The notes under the pieces were generated by a model that made no database searches, was not told the origin of the DNA, and saw only the letters and a list, made by a program, of their open reading frames with translations. Made by a program: the position numbers and the translations under genes. Positions 33,101 to 48,134 of a stretch of DNA of 50,944 nucleotides are shown one piece after another; the stretch's first letter is position 1, and the number at the start of each line of letters is the position of its first letter. Source of the DNA: Saprolegnia diclina VS20 (taxonomy: Eukaryota); assembly GCF_000281045.1 (NCBI RefSeq), contig NW_008246068.1:1203544-1254487 (forward strand). The letters are read 5' to 3'.

Positions 33101-36100
33101 GAGCGGCGTTGGAGGCGCGCGTGGCAGCCCACGCCATCGAGCTAACCCAGCTTTTGGAGGCAAAAGCACAGTTGGAAGCCAGTGTCCGGACGCAGGAAGA
33201 CGCACTGGCGCAGCTGCACCAAGAGCACCATACGAATGGCTCGAGCTTGCAAGATCAAATCGAAGTGCTCCAAGACGAGCTGACGTTGCGCGTCAACGAC
33301 GTGGAGCACCTACGCAGCGAGCTCGTTACGGCCACCGAAGAAAGCTCGGCACTGGAAGAAGAGTTGTACGAAGTGCGTGCGAAGCTCGAGGCCATGCACG
33401 ACGCAACAGCCAGTGAAAAAGCCGAGCTCGAGGCCAAGGTGCTTGCGCTGGAAGACGCTGTCTCGACAAGCCACGCAGCATTTGCCAGCGCACGGGAAGA
33501 GGACTCGATCCAGCACAGCGAGGCCATGACGCACCTTGAAACAGAGATTGCTGCCCGTGACGCGACGATTCTCATGCTAACGACCGAGAGAGATGCACTT
33601 GTCCTGGCGCAGGACACCGCGGCCGAGGTCGAGTCGCGCTTGGCATCGTTACTGGCGGAAAAAGCAGCAACAGATGCCTCGCTCGCAGCGTGGGCCACCA
33701 AGGAAGCCGAGCTCGTCGACGCCGTGACCACCGCGCAAACGACCCATGTCACGTACAAGGCCGAGTCCGAGTTGGAGCTCAAGTCGCTGCACGAGGCGCT
33801 ACAAGCGCAGCGCGATGCAACAATAGCGATCGAGGACGACCTGCGCCGCCTTGTGACTGAGCTTCGTCTGCCGTGTGCCGAGTCGGCGTCGCCGCTTCTG
33901 GCAACGCTGCAAAGCCACGTGGCTGAGCTCCAAGCAGCGCTTGACGACGCCAACGACGAGCGAGATGCGATTGTTTCCGCGCTCGACGTCTCGTCGCTCG
34001 AAGATGTGCCAGCCGCCGCGGCGCAGCTTCGACAGACATCAATGAACACGGTGCAGGACTTGGCAGCGGCCGAGAAGGCGCTGTCGCTGCTGCGACTAGA
34101 GCTCGACGCGCGCACCGCCGACCTCGAGGCGACACGGTCGTCCTTAATTCGCTTGGAAACCAGCGCGGCCGGAGACAAGGACGCGACGCTCGCAGCGCTG
34201 CAAGCCACCGAAGCCCAATGGACAGTCGAGCTGTCGCAGTCGAAAGCCGCACTGGCGCCGCTGGAGCTCGAGGTCGCCGCCAAAACGTGCGAGGTCGAGG
34301 CACTTCAGAGTCAAGTCGCGGTCGCCACCGCCGCTTTGGCGCGCTGCGAGAGTGAAATGAGCTGGCTCCTCCACGAAATCGCGGTCGATGTCGAGGCGCT
34401 GCGCGGCGAAGTCGACAAGCTCGAAGACGCCACCGAAGCCCACACGCAGACGCTTCTCGAATCCCAAGCCGCGCACGATGAGCAGTACAGTGCGATTGGG
34501 CACGCCCAAGACCGCCTAGAGGGTCTCCAGAGCCAGCTCCAGACGCTGCGGCAGCAAGTGGCTGCGGTGCCCATGCAGCTCTACCAGCTGCAGCATCTGC
34601 AGTCGTCGCTGACGACCGAAGCTGCAGCAGCCCACAAGCAGCGCGACGAGCACGAGAAGGAGCGGCTTCGCTTGCGCCTGCTCGAAGCCGAGTGCGCTGC
34701 GAACACGGAAGTCGCGTTCACCGAGCTCGCTGCTCTCTTTGCAGCGCATGGCGGCGACGCCACCCAGCACACCTACATTATGAAGACGATGTCGCATCTG
34801 CCGTCGCTGGCGGCGCGACTGCAGTCAGTGGCCGCCACGATTGGCACCATGACTGCGCACACGAACGACGCAAGGATACACGCAGCGGGCGACGACGCGT
34901 TGCCGACGCCGAGCGTTGCAGATATCGAAGCCCATCACGACAGCGGCGATACGGCACATGGACACGGTGCCGGCGCGACGCCGTTCCATCCGGCGGGTTC
35001 TCCAGAGGACGGAAATGACAATGACATTGACGAAGACACGATCGAAGAGCATTCGAAGGACGACAGTTCCGAGGCGCAAGCGCATGACGGGCCGGCATCG
35101 ATGACGGCCGACGACGACGCCCCGTTCGACATGCACGGTGCGCCGAACGATGACGACGATGACGTCATTGACGACGTCGACGACGACGTGCAGGAAGAGA
35201 GTTCAGACGACGACGAGACACACGGAGGTGACAACGCAGCGTGTACATTGCAGCCACGTATCCTGGTACCCGAGGCATCACTGGCCGCTGGGAGCGCGCA
35301 TGAAGACGGTGACGAGGCACCTCATCCTCAGCACGTACACTCGGCGGCATTGATGGACGAAGCGGTCGTCGATGAAGAGGAGGCACCCGAGGCATCGTTG
35401 TGCGGCGTAGAAGTCGCGACGGGACCTGCACCGACCGCTGGCAGCAGCAACGACGCAGAGAAAACCGAAATCGCCGGCCACGCAGTGTCTCCCGAGTTGC
35501 GTCACGACGCGCTCGACGCTGAGAGCAATGCCGAGCTATCTGATGACTTTGACGCAGACGACAACGCGCCGGAAACCGCTACGGATAGCACCACCAACGG
35601 CAAGGCGACGGACCTGGCGCCTCCACCCGAGTACGAGGCAGACGTCGTGCCCGATGCGATCGCGACAGAAATCGCTCTCGAAGTCGACCACGAGAGCAGC
35701 AGCGACAGCGAGGAGGAGTACGCGCAGGCTGCTTGTTCCTCCGTCGCCGACCGACAAACAACAAGCGGAGTGTCGGCGGGACGTGTGCAAGCCGAGGTCG
35801 ATGGTCATGCGGACGGCACCCAACGCTCGGCCACCGCCGTTGCGGGCCTTACGGCCAACGATGAGACCATCGACCGCAGTGGGTATCCCTCACGGGACGA
35901 TGCGAGTGATGACGAAGTGCCTCTGCATCGGTATGCGGCCACTGCAGTGCCTTTGGCCGTCGGCGCAGCCGCCCTCGCAAGCTTGCGGTCGTCGGCCGGC
36001 TTCCAATCGACGGCCAACGACGCCGATGACGACGACGACGTCGAGCGCTTGATGCAAAGTCGCCTTTGCCCGGCGCTCGAGCCCGTCCGTGAAACCGATG

Positions 36101-39100
36101 ACGATGACGAGTTTTCTTACGAGCCTACCGACGCGTTGGCACATAACGACGAGGACGACGACGCAGGGTCGACGCTGGACGAGGCCATCGAAGAGTCTTT
36201 TGATGACGCCGACTACGACGATGAAGATGTCGAGGTGACGCAAGGTAGTAGTCAACTGGTCACGTTCTGTTCCTTGACAAAAGCCATAGATGCCAACGTA
36301 GCGCTCGGCACAGATGTGAATGCATCGTTGGTCGAACCGCCTGCGACCCACGGACCACCGTCGCCCGAGTCGCCATCTCGGAGAAAGTCGATTCACCAGC
36401 TACTCTTTGGCACCAAGCCAGAGGCCGTTGCTGACGACGTTGACGCCAAGGCACAGGTCGACACCCCAATGACCTATGGCCCCGCCATCGACGCGCAAGA
36501 GGAAAGCGCCGAGTCGGAGGGCGACGACGACACGCATTTAGAGGACACAGCGGTGTTCTCGCCGGAGCATACAGCGTCGGCGGCCGCCAACGATGACTCC
36601 CGCACCCTTGACGAAGCGGTGGCCAACCATGATGCGCTTCTCGGAGTATCCGCATCGCCTGAGTATGCTGTCGACGCTGGCGACGCGCTTGCGAGCACGA
36701 ACGAGCCGGAAGAGCCGGATTCTCCCACGGTTGCTCTCACCAGCGACGCCAACGACGCGTCGGAGGTCGATGAGATGGACGAAGTGTTGTCTGACGCTGA
36801 CGAGTCGACGGACGACCATCGTTCGGCGGAACGTTCCAAGAACGCCCACTTGCGTCTGGACCTGGAAGCTGAGATGACGAACAAACACCGAATCCAACAA
36901 CGTACCGATGACACGCCGGCGTCTAACGAGCGCGACACAACGAGCATCGCCCAGGCAGTGCCGTTGGACGGAGTCGACGACGTTCAGAGTGAGACTGGCA
37001 GCTTTGACGACGTCGACGACGACGATATGACCATCAACGCACGGACTGCGGAAGGCCAGATGCCAGCTCAAGACGAGCCAAACGACTACGTGGAAGCTCA
37101 CAAAGAGGGACATGAACTCGACGACGCTACGGCAGTGCTCCGAGCTACGATGGCCAACGTGGCAACCACAGACACTTTGGATGAAGATGTGTCGTCCTCC
37201 GAGTCGGATGCGGACGAGGCGCCTGCGCCAAGCGAGGTGCTTCCGCACGCCAGTGTACAACCCACTGAGAGGTCGGTGCTCCAAGCTACCGACGGCGATG
37301 CGTCCGACGAGGAAGAGGTGATGGCGCCGGTGTTTCAGCAGTCGGCACCAACGAGCGCGCGTGCGACTCTCGCGTCACTCCGCCGGGCCGTTGACAGCGA
37401 CGAGGACGAGTTGGACGACGAGACGCCTCGTCGGCCGACCGCGACTGGTGACGACGACGACTCGTTCGACATGAACGACGCGATGGCGGGTGTAGCCCAC
37501 AATGGCAGCACCGCGACTGACCACGTCACCTACGAATCGAGGGATGTTGACACGCTAGCCGCCGACAACTCGTTCGATATGGAGTACGATGATGATGTAC
37601 CCGAAGACGACTTCGACACGGCAGAAGATCACGGCAGCAGTGACGACGAGGGTAGCACTACGACCCCTGAGTTGCAGCCGCTCGAAGTGGCGGCAGCCGT
37701 GATTGCAGCCACAGAGACGTTTCAGGAGGCGCCGCTTGCACAGTGTGCCTCCAACGATGAGCACGATACGTCCTCTCTTGCGACCGACCATTCCGCACCG
37801 ACGGTGGCTGGCGGTGACGCATCCTTGCCACACGATGTCAGCGCAGCAGCCGACAAAGTTGCCGACGACGAGGGCTTCTCGGACGACGAAGCTCTCTCGG
37901 AAAATGAAGCCATGGAGCCGCAGGTGGACGAAGCCCAAGAGGCTGAGCACCACATCTCTGCTACGATCGACGTTGATTCAAAGCCATTTGCGGACACACC
38001 GCTCGCTGCAACCACGCGCACAGTCCACGCAGATGTGTCGGACGATGTCGACGAGGTGGAGCGGTTGATGCACAGTCACTTGCACCGAACGACCGCTGAC
38101 GACTCTTTCGATGCTGATGACGACGACTCCGTGGCCGAGACCAGTCAACGATCGCCCGCGCAAGAGAGCGCTGAGATGCAGATCGGAAGTCTCGCAACTC
38201 AAAGTACGCTGTTTTCCGAGCGTCATGACGACAACGGGGACGGCAGTGACGACGACGAGCCGCTCTCGGACCCGGAGGACGACGTCGGTGACGAAGATGA
38301 CGAGCCACTCAACGATTCGATGCCGTTGTCAACGCACACGGACGTCGCGCCCCTCATGTCGGAGACAGCCGCGATGGCAGAGACCAAGACATTGGAGCTG
38401 CCGATGACCACCGCATCGGTGGGCAACGACGAGACACGCGAAACGCCCGCGCGTGGGACCGCTGACGTGGCGCCACTACAAGTCACGCACGAATACGACG
38501 ACGCGGAAGAGCTCTCGTCCAGCGACGATGAAGACGGTATGGACGAGTCTATTGAAGCAAGCGAGGACGATGCGATCGCTGACATGGCGGCGGGTGCATT
38601 GGTCGAGCCTTCAAAGGCGGCGGCCCCGCTGGTGTTTGCAGCCCAAGAAAATGGTGCGCAGCTAGCCGAAGAAGCTGATGACGGCGAAGAGGTCGCGGTG
38701 GCCGTCGCCTCTCGTTTTGGACTCCCCGAGATGCATGACCGTGACAGCGGCTCCGATACCGAAGACGAGCCGGCCGTTGACCACAAGGACGCGTCATATG
38801 GCGCAGACGCTGCGATGGCGACCGCGCTGCCATCGGCGTACGTGGCATCGTCTCTTGCTCAACCTCGCGACGTGTCTTTGGAGACCGACGCCATCGAGCG
38901 AAATGATGAGCAGCGGAACAGCCATGCCGACGATGACCACGACAACGCGTTCGACTTGGACGACGAAGGCATCGACGACGTTGACCGCCTTGCCGATGCA
39001 GATGATGAAGAGCCCGTTGAGAATGGCTCTCATGCCGTGGACGAAAGGGCTCAACCACTGGCAACGGCTCGATTCGATGGCGACGAAGAAGTGTCGGACG

Positions 39101-42100
39101 ACAACCTCGAGACCTCGGACGACGATGAAGACACTTTTGATGCGTCGAAGCACGTACTGGAGCCACCTTTGACGGAGGCCCGCGGTGATGACATCTCATT
39201 GGCGTCCTCCGTCGTCGACAACGGTCTCTCTGATCGTGTCAGCACGCGTCACTTGGACAACGACCACGAGCTGTCCGATGCCGATGAGCAAGAGCTGTCC
39301 GACGACCAAGCTGACACTGGTTTGGACGCTTTGTCTTCTCTGGCACGCGACCACGCTGCTGGGGAAGAATACCAGCTGGTGGCTTCAGTGACGTCGCTGC
39401 AAGACGATCATGCGATGCAACGCGCTACCGACGACGATGACGAAGCCTTGTCAGACCCAGAAGACGATGTTGCTGAAAACACCTTCGACGAACCAACCGA
39501 GCCCATGACGGCAGTAGCGGGAATTGACCGTGGCGCCGGTGCACCTTTGACGCAGCTGCACGACGCTAGAGCTGCAACATCAGTTCGGTTGAGTGCCGAT
39601 GACGAAGCGTTGTCAGACAATGAAACCGATGTCGGCGCTGACCACCACGAGACGGCTGTATTGCCCAAGAGCCCTCTCGTTGCTTCGGCTAGTCATCACG
39701 AATCTACCTCAACCACCCAGCTCCACGATGAGACGGAGGGCTGTCAAGTCACTGAGACCCACGCCAACACTAACGACGAGAACGATGACAGCGACGAAGC
39801 GCTGTCCGATGTCGAAGACGGTCACGAGACGTTGGACCCCCGCTTCAGTGATGCCGATGACGCGTCACACCTCGGCACGGAAGCCCTTCATGACACTACC
39901 TCTACTACTGCGCCCAACGCCACAGCGACGGCACCGATGCATGTCGGTGACGACTGCGAAGACGCGCTGTCCGAAGAGGAGAGTGCCAATGACTTTGACA
40001 GCGGCTTTGACGCACCGACACTGCAGAGTCCACCAGTGGAGACGCGGATGCGCCTGCATGACGCCCCGGTGTCGCCCGACGTCACCGCAACGCGAGATCC
40101 GATGGTCGGGGGGAGCCCCCAGATGGAGGACGACAACGACGATGCGCTGTCAGAGGTCAACCACAACGCCGATGAGGTGGACGACGGCGAAAGCAGCTTC
40201 GATGCGGTGGTTGCCGCGCCATCAGCTGCCCTCGATGGAGCAGAGCGCCACGATACCCTCGCGACAGACCGTCATGACGTCATGCGTCCAGCAGTCGCGT
40301 TCCAGTTTGATGACGAGGATGAGGCGTTGTCAGACCCCGAAGACGACGGGGAGGTAAATGACAACAGCTTTGATGCCCCAGCCAGGACACCGGACGAGCC
40401 CCAACAGTCATCCTCTGAGATCCATGCCGATGCCACGGCTGACCGTCATGACGTCATGCATCCGGGTGCTCAAACGTCAACTCACTTTGATGACGCGGAC
40501 GAGGCGCTGTCGGACCCCAAAGACGACGTTGACGGTATCGACGACAGCTTTGACGCGCCGATGGTGACGGCGGACGAGCCACGTGCGCCTTCGTCAGAGA
40601 GCAACGACAACACCGCGAAGGACCACCAAGACGCCATGCGTCCGGTAGCCGCGTCCCCAACGCACTTTGATGACGAGGACGAAGCGTTGTCGGATGCGGA
40701 AGGCGATGCCAGTGGTATCGACGGCACCATCGATGCACCGGTATCGACGACAGACGAGCTCCGTGTGCCTTCTACAGAGAGCCACAACTACTCAACAACG
40801 AACCGTCACGAAGCTGGTCGCCCGGTTATCCAGCCGTCAACCCACTTTGATGACGAAGATGACGCGCTGTCGGGTGCCGAAGACGAGGTCGATGGTGTCG
40901 ACAGCGTCATCGGTGCACCGGTGGCGTTGCCAGACGAGCTCCATGTACCTCCCACGGAGCGTCAAGGCAGCCCCGTCCATCATGAAGCCGCACGCCCGGT
41001 TGACAAGCCGTCAGCGCACTTTGATGACGAGGACGAAGCGCTGTCGGACCCTGAAATCGTTGTCGATGGTGTCGACAACACCGATGACGCCAAGATGACG
41101 AGCGAGCCACATGTCTCATCGTCAGAGAACGACGGCGATTCTACGATGCACCGCCAAGAAGTCGCGTCTTTGGTTGGGCAAACGTCAGCACACTTTGATG
41201 ACGAAGACGATCCGTTGTCGGGTGCCGAAGACGATCCGTTGTCGGGTGCCGAAGACGATCCGTTGTCGGGTGCCGAAGACGAGGTCGAAGGTGTCGACGA
41301 CACGGTTGATGACCCACTGGCGACGCGGGGCGAGCCACTTGGGGCTTCCGCAGAGAGCCATGCCGCCTTTGCCGCGACCGACCGTCATGAAGCTGTGCGT
41401 CCCGGTATCCAGATGGCAACCCACTTTGACGACGCGGACGAGGCACTGTCGGACCCCGAAGACGATATTGCTGGTATCGACAACAGCTTTGACGCGCCGG
41501 TGGTGACGACAGACGAGTCGCGTACGTCTCTTACAGAGACGCAGGACAACCGCGCAACGGACCCTTACGACGTCATGCGTCCGATGGTCACATCCTCAAC
41601 CCATTTCGAAGACGCGGACGAGGCGCTGTCCGACCCCGAAGACGAAGACTTGTCGAACCCCGAGGACAATGGGGATACCATCGACAGCAGTTTCGATGCA
41701 CCAACGATGCCCCCGCACGACCTTCGTGCCTTGTCAACAGGTATGACCGGCAATGCCCTCTCGAACGGGCACATCATTGACAATCGCGCGTCATCGCCCA
41801 TCATGGAAAGCCACCCTATCGATCACGACGGCGGTGACGAAGCGTTGTCCGACCCTGAAGATGACAGCTTTGGCGACGGTGAGCACGGCTCGAATGGCTT
41901 TTCCAAAGCACCGTCGCGTCCAACGCGCGCAGTTGGCAATTCCGTCGACGCCGATGCGCTGTCGGACGATGAATCTTTGGTGGACGCCACCGACATTTTG
42001 TCCAAGCAAGCCAATGATGCTCACGGACACGAACAACACTCGCCAGACAACGACCATTATGCACCAGTCGCTGCCTCCACAGCGATGGACGTCGGGCCGC

Positions 42101-43755
42101 AGGAGGCAGTGAGCACAGTCCCTTTGGCAACCTCTCGACACCATGATACATCGGTTGACGACGCCAGCGATGCGGACGACGACAATGACGTTTCGGCGCC
42201 GTTGCAAGGCGCAGACGCGGCGTCGATCGATGCTGCCAGCCGTCGACTGCTTACGACCGTGCACTACGACGACGCAGACGACTTGTCTTCGGAATCAGAC
42301 GACGAGCAGCCAGCGGCACCGACCAAGTCGCCGCCGGTGTACGACGACGGCGGCGAAGATGTCTCGGACAGTGACGCGGACGACACATCGGCGCCACCCG
42401 CCCACAAACCGTCAATGGTCAACGAGCTTGCTCCGGCTGCCTCTACCTCGGCGATGGAAGATGAAGAAGACGACGACCATGAGACGGTCGAGACGCCATT
42501 GTCGGCCAGAGCGCCGATGGGTGGGCTGCCGCCCGTCACCGCTCGCTTTGGCACGATGGCCAACGCCCACGAAGCCGACGACGAAGACCTGGACGAGGTC
42601 GAGCGACTTATGCAAGGTCACTTGCAGGGCCGCGCAAATGACAACTCGTTCGACTTTGACGATGGCGAAGACATTGAGAATAGCTTCGACACGCCCGACA
42701 CCATCGCGACGATCCCGCATGCTCACGCAGCAAATGACGACGGTGAAAACGAGCTATCGGATCCCGAAGACGACCCAGCGGAAGCCAACGTACCTTATCA
42801 TGGCTCCCTCGGGCACGACACGGACCGAGCATCACCGGTATCGGCAGCGTCTCTGGGCTCCTTGAGCGTGCCACCGCCGACAGCGCAACATCCGACGCAT
42901 ACCAGCGATGAGCACGCTGAGCTTGACGACAGCGACGAAGAACTTTCCACGAACGGCGACGAACCGGCGCCTCGTCACGCACCCCACGCCGCGCCGCTCT
43001 CTCCGATCGTGTCGCAGCTGCCACAAGGCGCTTCGTCTCTCGGGCGGCTCGCGCCACTCGGTACCAAAGCCCCTCTGGCGGCGCTCCATGTCAGAGACAC
43101 CGAGGACGACTTGGACGAAGTTGAGCGCTTGATGCGCGACCACGTGACGACACACGCGTCACTCGCATCGCGTACGGCAGCAGATGCCGACTTTGACGAC
43201 AGCTTTGATGCCCAAGAGGCCTCTGTCGACGACGACGACAACGATGACGCGCTCTCGGACCCGGATGAGGCGGCGGCAGCGTTCAACGCCGTGCAACAAC
43301 GCGAGGATACAGCCGGCAAGCGGATGCCATTGACACCGCTCCCAAAGACGCTTCCGCCAATGAGCGCTGCGCATGAGAGCTCGTTGGACGACGCGTCACC
43401 AAGCAAGTTGTCGGCGCTGGACCGAGCGCTGCTTCCATCCAACGCTGCGGGTGACGCTCGCCAAGCCCCCACGGTTCACCACGATGACGACGCAATGGAG
43501 CTCGGCGCGTCCTTTGACGACGGCAACGAGGATAGCCTCGATGCAAGCGGTGTCGCCGACCCCCCTCGGTTCGACGAAGGCGAGGACGTCGACGGGTCGA
43601 GCCGCGACGACGACGCCGCGTCATTATCGCCGTCGCCAGTAGCGCCACCGAGCAGCGCCCCACCCCACGACGACGACGACGCGTACTCGGATTCTTTCGA
43701 TATGGAGGAGTCGATCGATGAAAGCATCGCGTCCGATGAGGACGCCACGTCATAG
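30113..43755 (+). CDS. Giant (>4000 aa) protein: N-terminal coiled coils followed by a very long acidic low-complexity, repetitive region
   Basis: Several short 5' exons from MEKKTVLTDDWESDL (30113). Intron 31867-31914 (aag|gtacc...cactag|ATGTAC) splices into the single 11.8-kb exon 31915-43755 (3946 codons). Heptad-rich to about 34800, then D/E-rich. Confidence 0.85.
40290..41700 (+). repeat. About 180-bp (60-aa) coding tandem repeat, about 8 units, core HFDDxDEALSDPEDD...GIDxSFDAP
   Basis: Core cactttgatgacg(a/c)gga starts near 40303, 40483, 40663, 40843, 41017, 41191, 41422 and 41602. Confidence 0.9.
41203..41282 (+). repeat. Perfect 24-bp minisatellite x3.3 (EDDPLSGA)
   Basis: gaagacgatccgttgtcgggtgcc at 41203, 41227 and 41251, plus a partial unit at 41275. 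Confidence 0.95.
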
Positions 43756-44029
43756 ACCCGAGTTTTGTATCTAATCCAACCTCTGGTTCATCTCCAACGG
43801 CCCGAGATATACCCAGCGAAGATATACCGGTAGCAACGCAGTCGAACGGTGATGTCGGACAGAAGGCAAGTGGAACGTCAGACGGCAAGTGGAGCGAGCG
43901 GAGGCAAGTGGAACGCCGTCGGCGCCGACCTGCTATTTTGAGGGCGGTTGGTAAATTTAGCTGGCAGCGACAGTTGCAGATAGAAGGGTCGACCACGTTG
44001 AAGCGACACGTGAATGCGCGAGCGGTCCG

Positions 44030-45869
<1,840 letters not shown>

Positions 45870-45909
45870 CGCCATAGTATCGAACAACACATATATATAG
45901 AGCATCATC

Positions 45910-47614
45910 TTAGCGGCGGAACGTGCTTCCTACATATGGAGGCGCTTTCGCATCTTCGAGAAATGCAGCGAGGCGGTTATAGCGGCTTACGGCCTCGGCT
46001 GAAAAGAGACCACCCATTTTGATCTGGCCGCATCCAATGCCGATGGCCAGGTCCATCGGAAATGGATCGTCCGACGCACTTGCATCGCAGCCGACCATGA
46101 GGGCGATGCCGAGCACGCGCGCTTGGGCAACGACGTGGAGCACTTGGGTGACAGTTAGAAACTATGCGCTCAGAGTTAAGCCGATAAGCAATCGGTCGGC
46201 GGCGGTTCGAACCTCGCCGAGGTTGAGCAAGATCGTGTTGCAAGCGCGCTCTTCGTGAATGGTCTCGACACCGCGCTGCAGGAGTTTGTGACCAACGACT
46301 TGGAGTTTGCACTGTCCGTCGCCGCCGATGGCGGTCGTGTCGGTCGCTTCGCCTTCCGCGATCGTGTTGATCGTACGGTTGAGCGTGCTGCACACTTTGA
46401 TGTCCCGACTTTCAAACGGGTCGACGATCGTCGTGATGGCGTACGTCTTGACCCACTCGCGAATGAGCTCGGAAAATTCATCGCTAAACAGAAATCGACT
46501 AGAACCCTGCTGCTGCAAGTAGACATCTACCTTGTCTTGGGCACGCTCTTGGGCATGGGCATCCATTTGTCAATGTTGTACGTGCAGCTGTCGTTATCGG
46601 GCGACGCGAACGCGTGGGCAGCAATGTCGATCCCGAGGCCAAGCTCAATCTGTTGGGTGGGGAGTTTGAACTGATCCTTGACTTTATGAAGCGCTTCGGT
46701 CGAGATCGTGAGGCATTCTTCGACCGACATGAGCTGGGGGGTGAGCCCCCCCGAGGCCCCCCGGTTCGAGTGGCCGTTGCCTTTGGCGTCGAGAAGCTCC
46801 TTGAGCGTCAAGAGAACTTCGCCCGCATAGCGCAGTGCATCTTGGAACGACGCGCAGCCCATCGGCATGACAGTGATCTCCGACACACAGAGCTTATTGG
46901 ATGCCATGTTGCCGCCGTTGAGAAGGCTAAAGATCGGGACAGGCAAGCACGCACCTAGCAACATGCATGAGAAAGAGTATTGAAGAAGAGCGTTGTCGTT
47001 GTACTTTCAATGGGCACATCCGCAAGGGACGCAATGTACTCGTACAGAGGCTGGTCCTTCTGGGCCGCGCCGGCCTTGCAGATTGCCATTGAAAGTGCAA
47101 TGCACGCTTGGCGGCCCACCTTGTCGGCCATGGACGCGATTTTTTCGTCGCAGTCGGCTTGATCGCAGGGATCCATGCCCTCGAGGAGATGCTGCATGTA
47201 CAACGAGACGTCACGCGCACGCAGCCCATGCCCGCGGTACCGCGAGGCGTCGTCCGAGTCGAAGAGCCCGGCGGTCGCACTGCCGGTTGAGGCGTCAAAG
47301 CGGCCTCGCCCGGTATGCACACTCGCAAGAAGCGTCGGATACCCGGACGTGTCGACTACCTCCTTGGCCGAGACGGCAAAGATGCCTTTGTTGGACATGG
47401 CGCGGTTCTGGAGCAGCTTCCCGAGCACAAGGTACGGGTCCGAGGGCCGGTCGCGGACGACTTGGTTGAGGAAGACGTTCAAGGAGCTCTCGAGTCCATG
47501 CTGCGCGAGGTACTCCTCGATAAGGTCCTTCTCGGCGACTTCCTCTGGGTTGCTAACCACGCTGGTCGCGCTCGCTGTTGGCGCTGGCGCTGCGGTCTTG
47601 TCCTTCTTGGCCAT
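45910..47614 (-). CDS. ENO4: Enolase-4-like pseudo-enolase with N-terminal Dpy-30/RIIa-type docking domain, multi-exon
   Basis: N-terminal EEYLAQHGLESSLNVFLNQVVRDRPSDPY. Enolase fold: AKEVVDTSGYPT, ALSMAICKAGA...PLYEYIA, LPVPIFSLLNGG, DLAIGIGCGQIKMGG...RYNRL. Catalytic motifs are degenerate. Confidence 0.8.
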
Positions 47615-47900
47615 GGCGCGATCTTTTTCCAAATCTTTGAATCCTATTTAGGACTCGACACGTGGTGGTGGTCAGGATATCCTAGATAGGAGTTATCCGA
47701 AAGTGCATTTGGTGGCGGTTCTCGAGAGCGTTCCTCACTGCAGCGCCGCCACAAGACGTAGATATATAGTACCGCGCAGAGTGTATAGTAGTTGTAGCGT
47801 AGTTGTGTGCGACGCTAGAGCACGCGGGCTTCCGTTAATCGCGTACAGTTCTGGACGCGAGAAGGATGATCCATGGAAGTGTTGCAATTGCTTCGAGAAT

Positions 47901-48052
47901 CGACCAATCATTGCCTGCTGATTTCATTTGCGACACAAAAGCGGCATCAAATGACCAATCATAACGCTGTATTTGAAGCGACACATTCCATGGCTCTTTT
48001 GCGCGTCGATGATTGGTCAAATTGAGGCGCTATGTCGACATGTGATTGGACA
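47901..48052. promoter_or_regulatory. Bidirectional promoter with four symmetric CCAAT boxes (TGATTGG[T/A]C)
   Basis: gaccaatca at 47902 and 47953 (reads TGATTGGTC on the minus strand, towards ENO4). tgattggtc at 48010 and tgattggac at 48043 (plus strand, towards NMD3). Confidence 0.6.
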
Positions 48053-48134
48053 AAACTTTCAATCCGCCGAATTCACCTTTGGGTTGCCATTGCCGCAAAT
48101 AAGCTCCAGAAGCCAAGAAGCCGAGACGACCAAT

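Noticed and set aside
41203..41282. 24-bp direct repeats as a possible CRISPR array
   Set aside because: The repeats are contiguous with no spacers, are in-frame within a eukaryotic exon, and there are no cas genes.
33255..43996. Many long antisense or alternative-frame ORFs over the giant gene and other CDSs
   Set aside because: Expected shadow ORFs of GC-rich, codon-biased genes; Ser/Arg-rich nonsense translations.
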